DNA of 64,000 nt. Source: Camelus dromedarius (taxonomy: Eukaryota). Below are positions 62,601 through 64,000 of the stretch, piece by piece. The stretch is taken from NCBI RefSeq assembly GCF_036321535.1, contig NC_087438.1, forward strand, positions 8,806,001-8,870,000, read 5' to 3'. Both the position numbers and the translations under genes were made by a program. Numbering within the stretch: the stretch's first letter is position 1; every line of letters begins with the position of its first letter. The notes beneath the pieces are model-generated. The model saw only the letters and a list, made by a program, of their open reading frames with translations. It was not told the DNA's origin and made no database searches.

Positions 62601-63714
62601 CTGAGAGCGAGGAGATGGCTGGAAACGAACTTGGCCACATCATGGAGGTGGGAAGAGGTGGGGCTGAGAGATGAGGGCTTTCCGTTTAGGGGGCATCTTA
62701 ATAGTTTCCTAACTGGTGTCACAGGCTCTGGATACAGAGTGCAGGATGGGAATCCGGGGTCTAACACTGACTGATGTTGTGGTACCTGTATGCCAAATTA
62801 GCACAATAATGGCATCAATGATGGTGATTGTGAGCATTGTCTCAGTCAATCTAAGCAATGTTCTAGCCTTGCATCTGGCTCAGTCAATGTCTACTAAATA
62901 TTATTATTATCATCAGTCTTCTTTTTCCCTATTTGATTATTTGCCAGAAAAGGAAAGAATAAATAAGAAAACATATATCCAGAATATGAAACCTGGCAGA
63001 ACAGTGAAAATTCAGTAGGGACTTCTGTTAAACAAATGATAGCTGTTTATGTAGGACTGCAGGTAGGAGACAGGTAGGTCTGCATACAGACATATCCGGT
63101 AGGAACAGATGGCATATGTAGTCTCATGGGAAGATTTTCACCAGAAGAATGCATTTATTTATCCTTTCAGCTCTTGTCAGATATTAAAATATACAGATTA
63201 GTTTTTTATATACCCTCCAATATGTCTGGCCAACTCCTCCCCTCTTCTTCCTCCTACTACTAAAGATTTCAAAACAGATGTACGTCTCAAAAATTTTATG
63301 TTTTCTGAAAAAAAAATCGACCTTCAAAAAGTCTAGTTCATACTTCCATAAAGCTGTTTAAAAATGGTTTGGGAAGCAATGTTTTAGACATTTTGCTTAG
63401 AAAAGTGCTACTGAATAGTCAGATTCGTTTTTCTTACTAGAGGTAAATATAACATGGTTAGTTTTCTATCAGAGACATTAGCTTATTCAGTTAGTTCTGG
63501 GATGTCAAATACCAAATGTTTATTTCTCTCTCTGTCTCTGTCTCTCTCTTTTTCTCCCCTTAACTCCTGCTACCTTCTGCCTCTCTATATATACAGAAAC
63601 TTCTCACAGAATATTGTACACTTTTTTCTACTAGAAAGAAGGGGTAAATGAATGTCTTAAGATATTTTAAAATGTAGAGTACAGGTAATCTATTCTGAAG
63701 CCAACAGCAAAGCC

Positions 63715-64000
63715 CTTTTTCCTTATTTTTTTGAACTTTATTTGAAGTGTGACAAACAGAGAAAAGAGAAAAATTCTAACTGAATAACTCAATGAATTAC
63801 CACAACGTCAACTGACTTAAAACCAAGTACAGGTCATTACACTGAAGATTTTAGCACTCAGAGAAGCTTCTTGTGTCTCCAGCCAGTCGTTAACCCTTCA
63901 CTCCTTCAAGAGAAAAGGGCTATCATTAATTCTTAAAATAGAGTTTCACCTCTTTATGGCTTGAAATAGAATTGGATCATAAAATTGGAATTGTTTCATG
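63715..64000 (-). mobile_element. L1ME-like 3' end
   Basis: TAACTCAATGAATTACCACAAC..TTAGCACTCAGAGAAGC; runs off the window end. Confidence 0.6.

Noticed and set aside
1..64000. A novel multi-gene biological system
   Set aside because: No intact genes, operon structure or arrays; all protein-like motifs trace to decayed L1 or ERV-L

Overview
This is AT-rich, CpG-poor, non-coding mammalian genomic DNA, most likely from a camelid (camel, alpaca or vicuna). The assignment rests on two tRNA-Ala-derived SINEs of the camelid Vic-1 type and on cetartiodactyl-type young L1 3' ends. I found no supportable protein-coding exon, RNA gene, CRISPR array or prokaryotic-type system. The ORF track consists of chance ORFs or decayed retroelement fragments. 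Much of the window is a layered fossil record of transposons: old L1M, L2, MIR and a possible CR1; ERVL, MaLR and ERV1 LTRs (MER21, MLT1, MLT2, MER34-like, LTR40-like); a 5'-truncated ERV-L provirus with a readable dUTPase remnant; and younger L1 and SINE insertions with target-site duplications (TSDs). Repeat-poor blocks between these may hold cis-regulatory elements, as in an intron or gene desert, but the host locus is not identifiable. The best observations are an inverted L1 insertion with a possible 3' transduction, the ERV-L dUTPase remnant, a G-shifted L1 fossil, template-switch palindromes and a few CpG-retaining, enhancer-like blocks. I cannot support a previously undescribed biological system here. 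Subfamily names are from recall of consensus sequences, boundaries are approximate, and both need RepeatMasker/Dfam confirmation.
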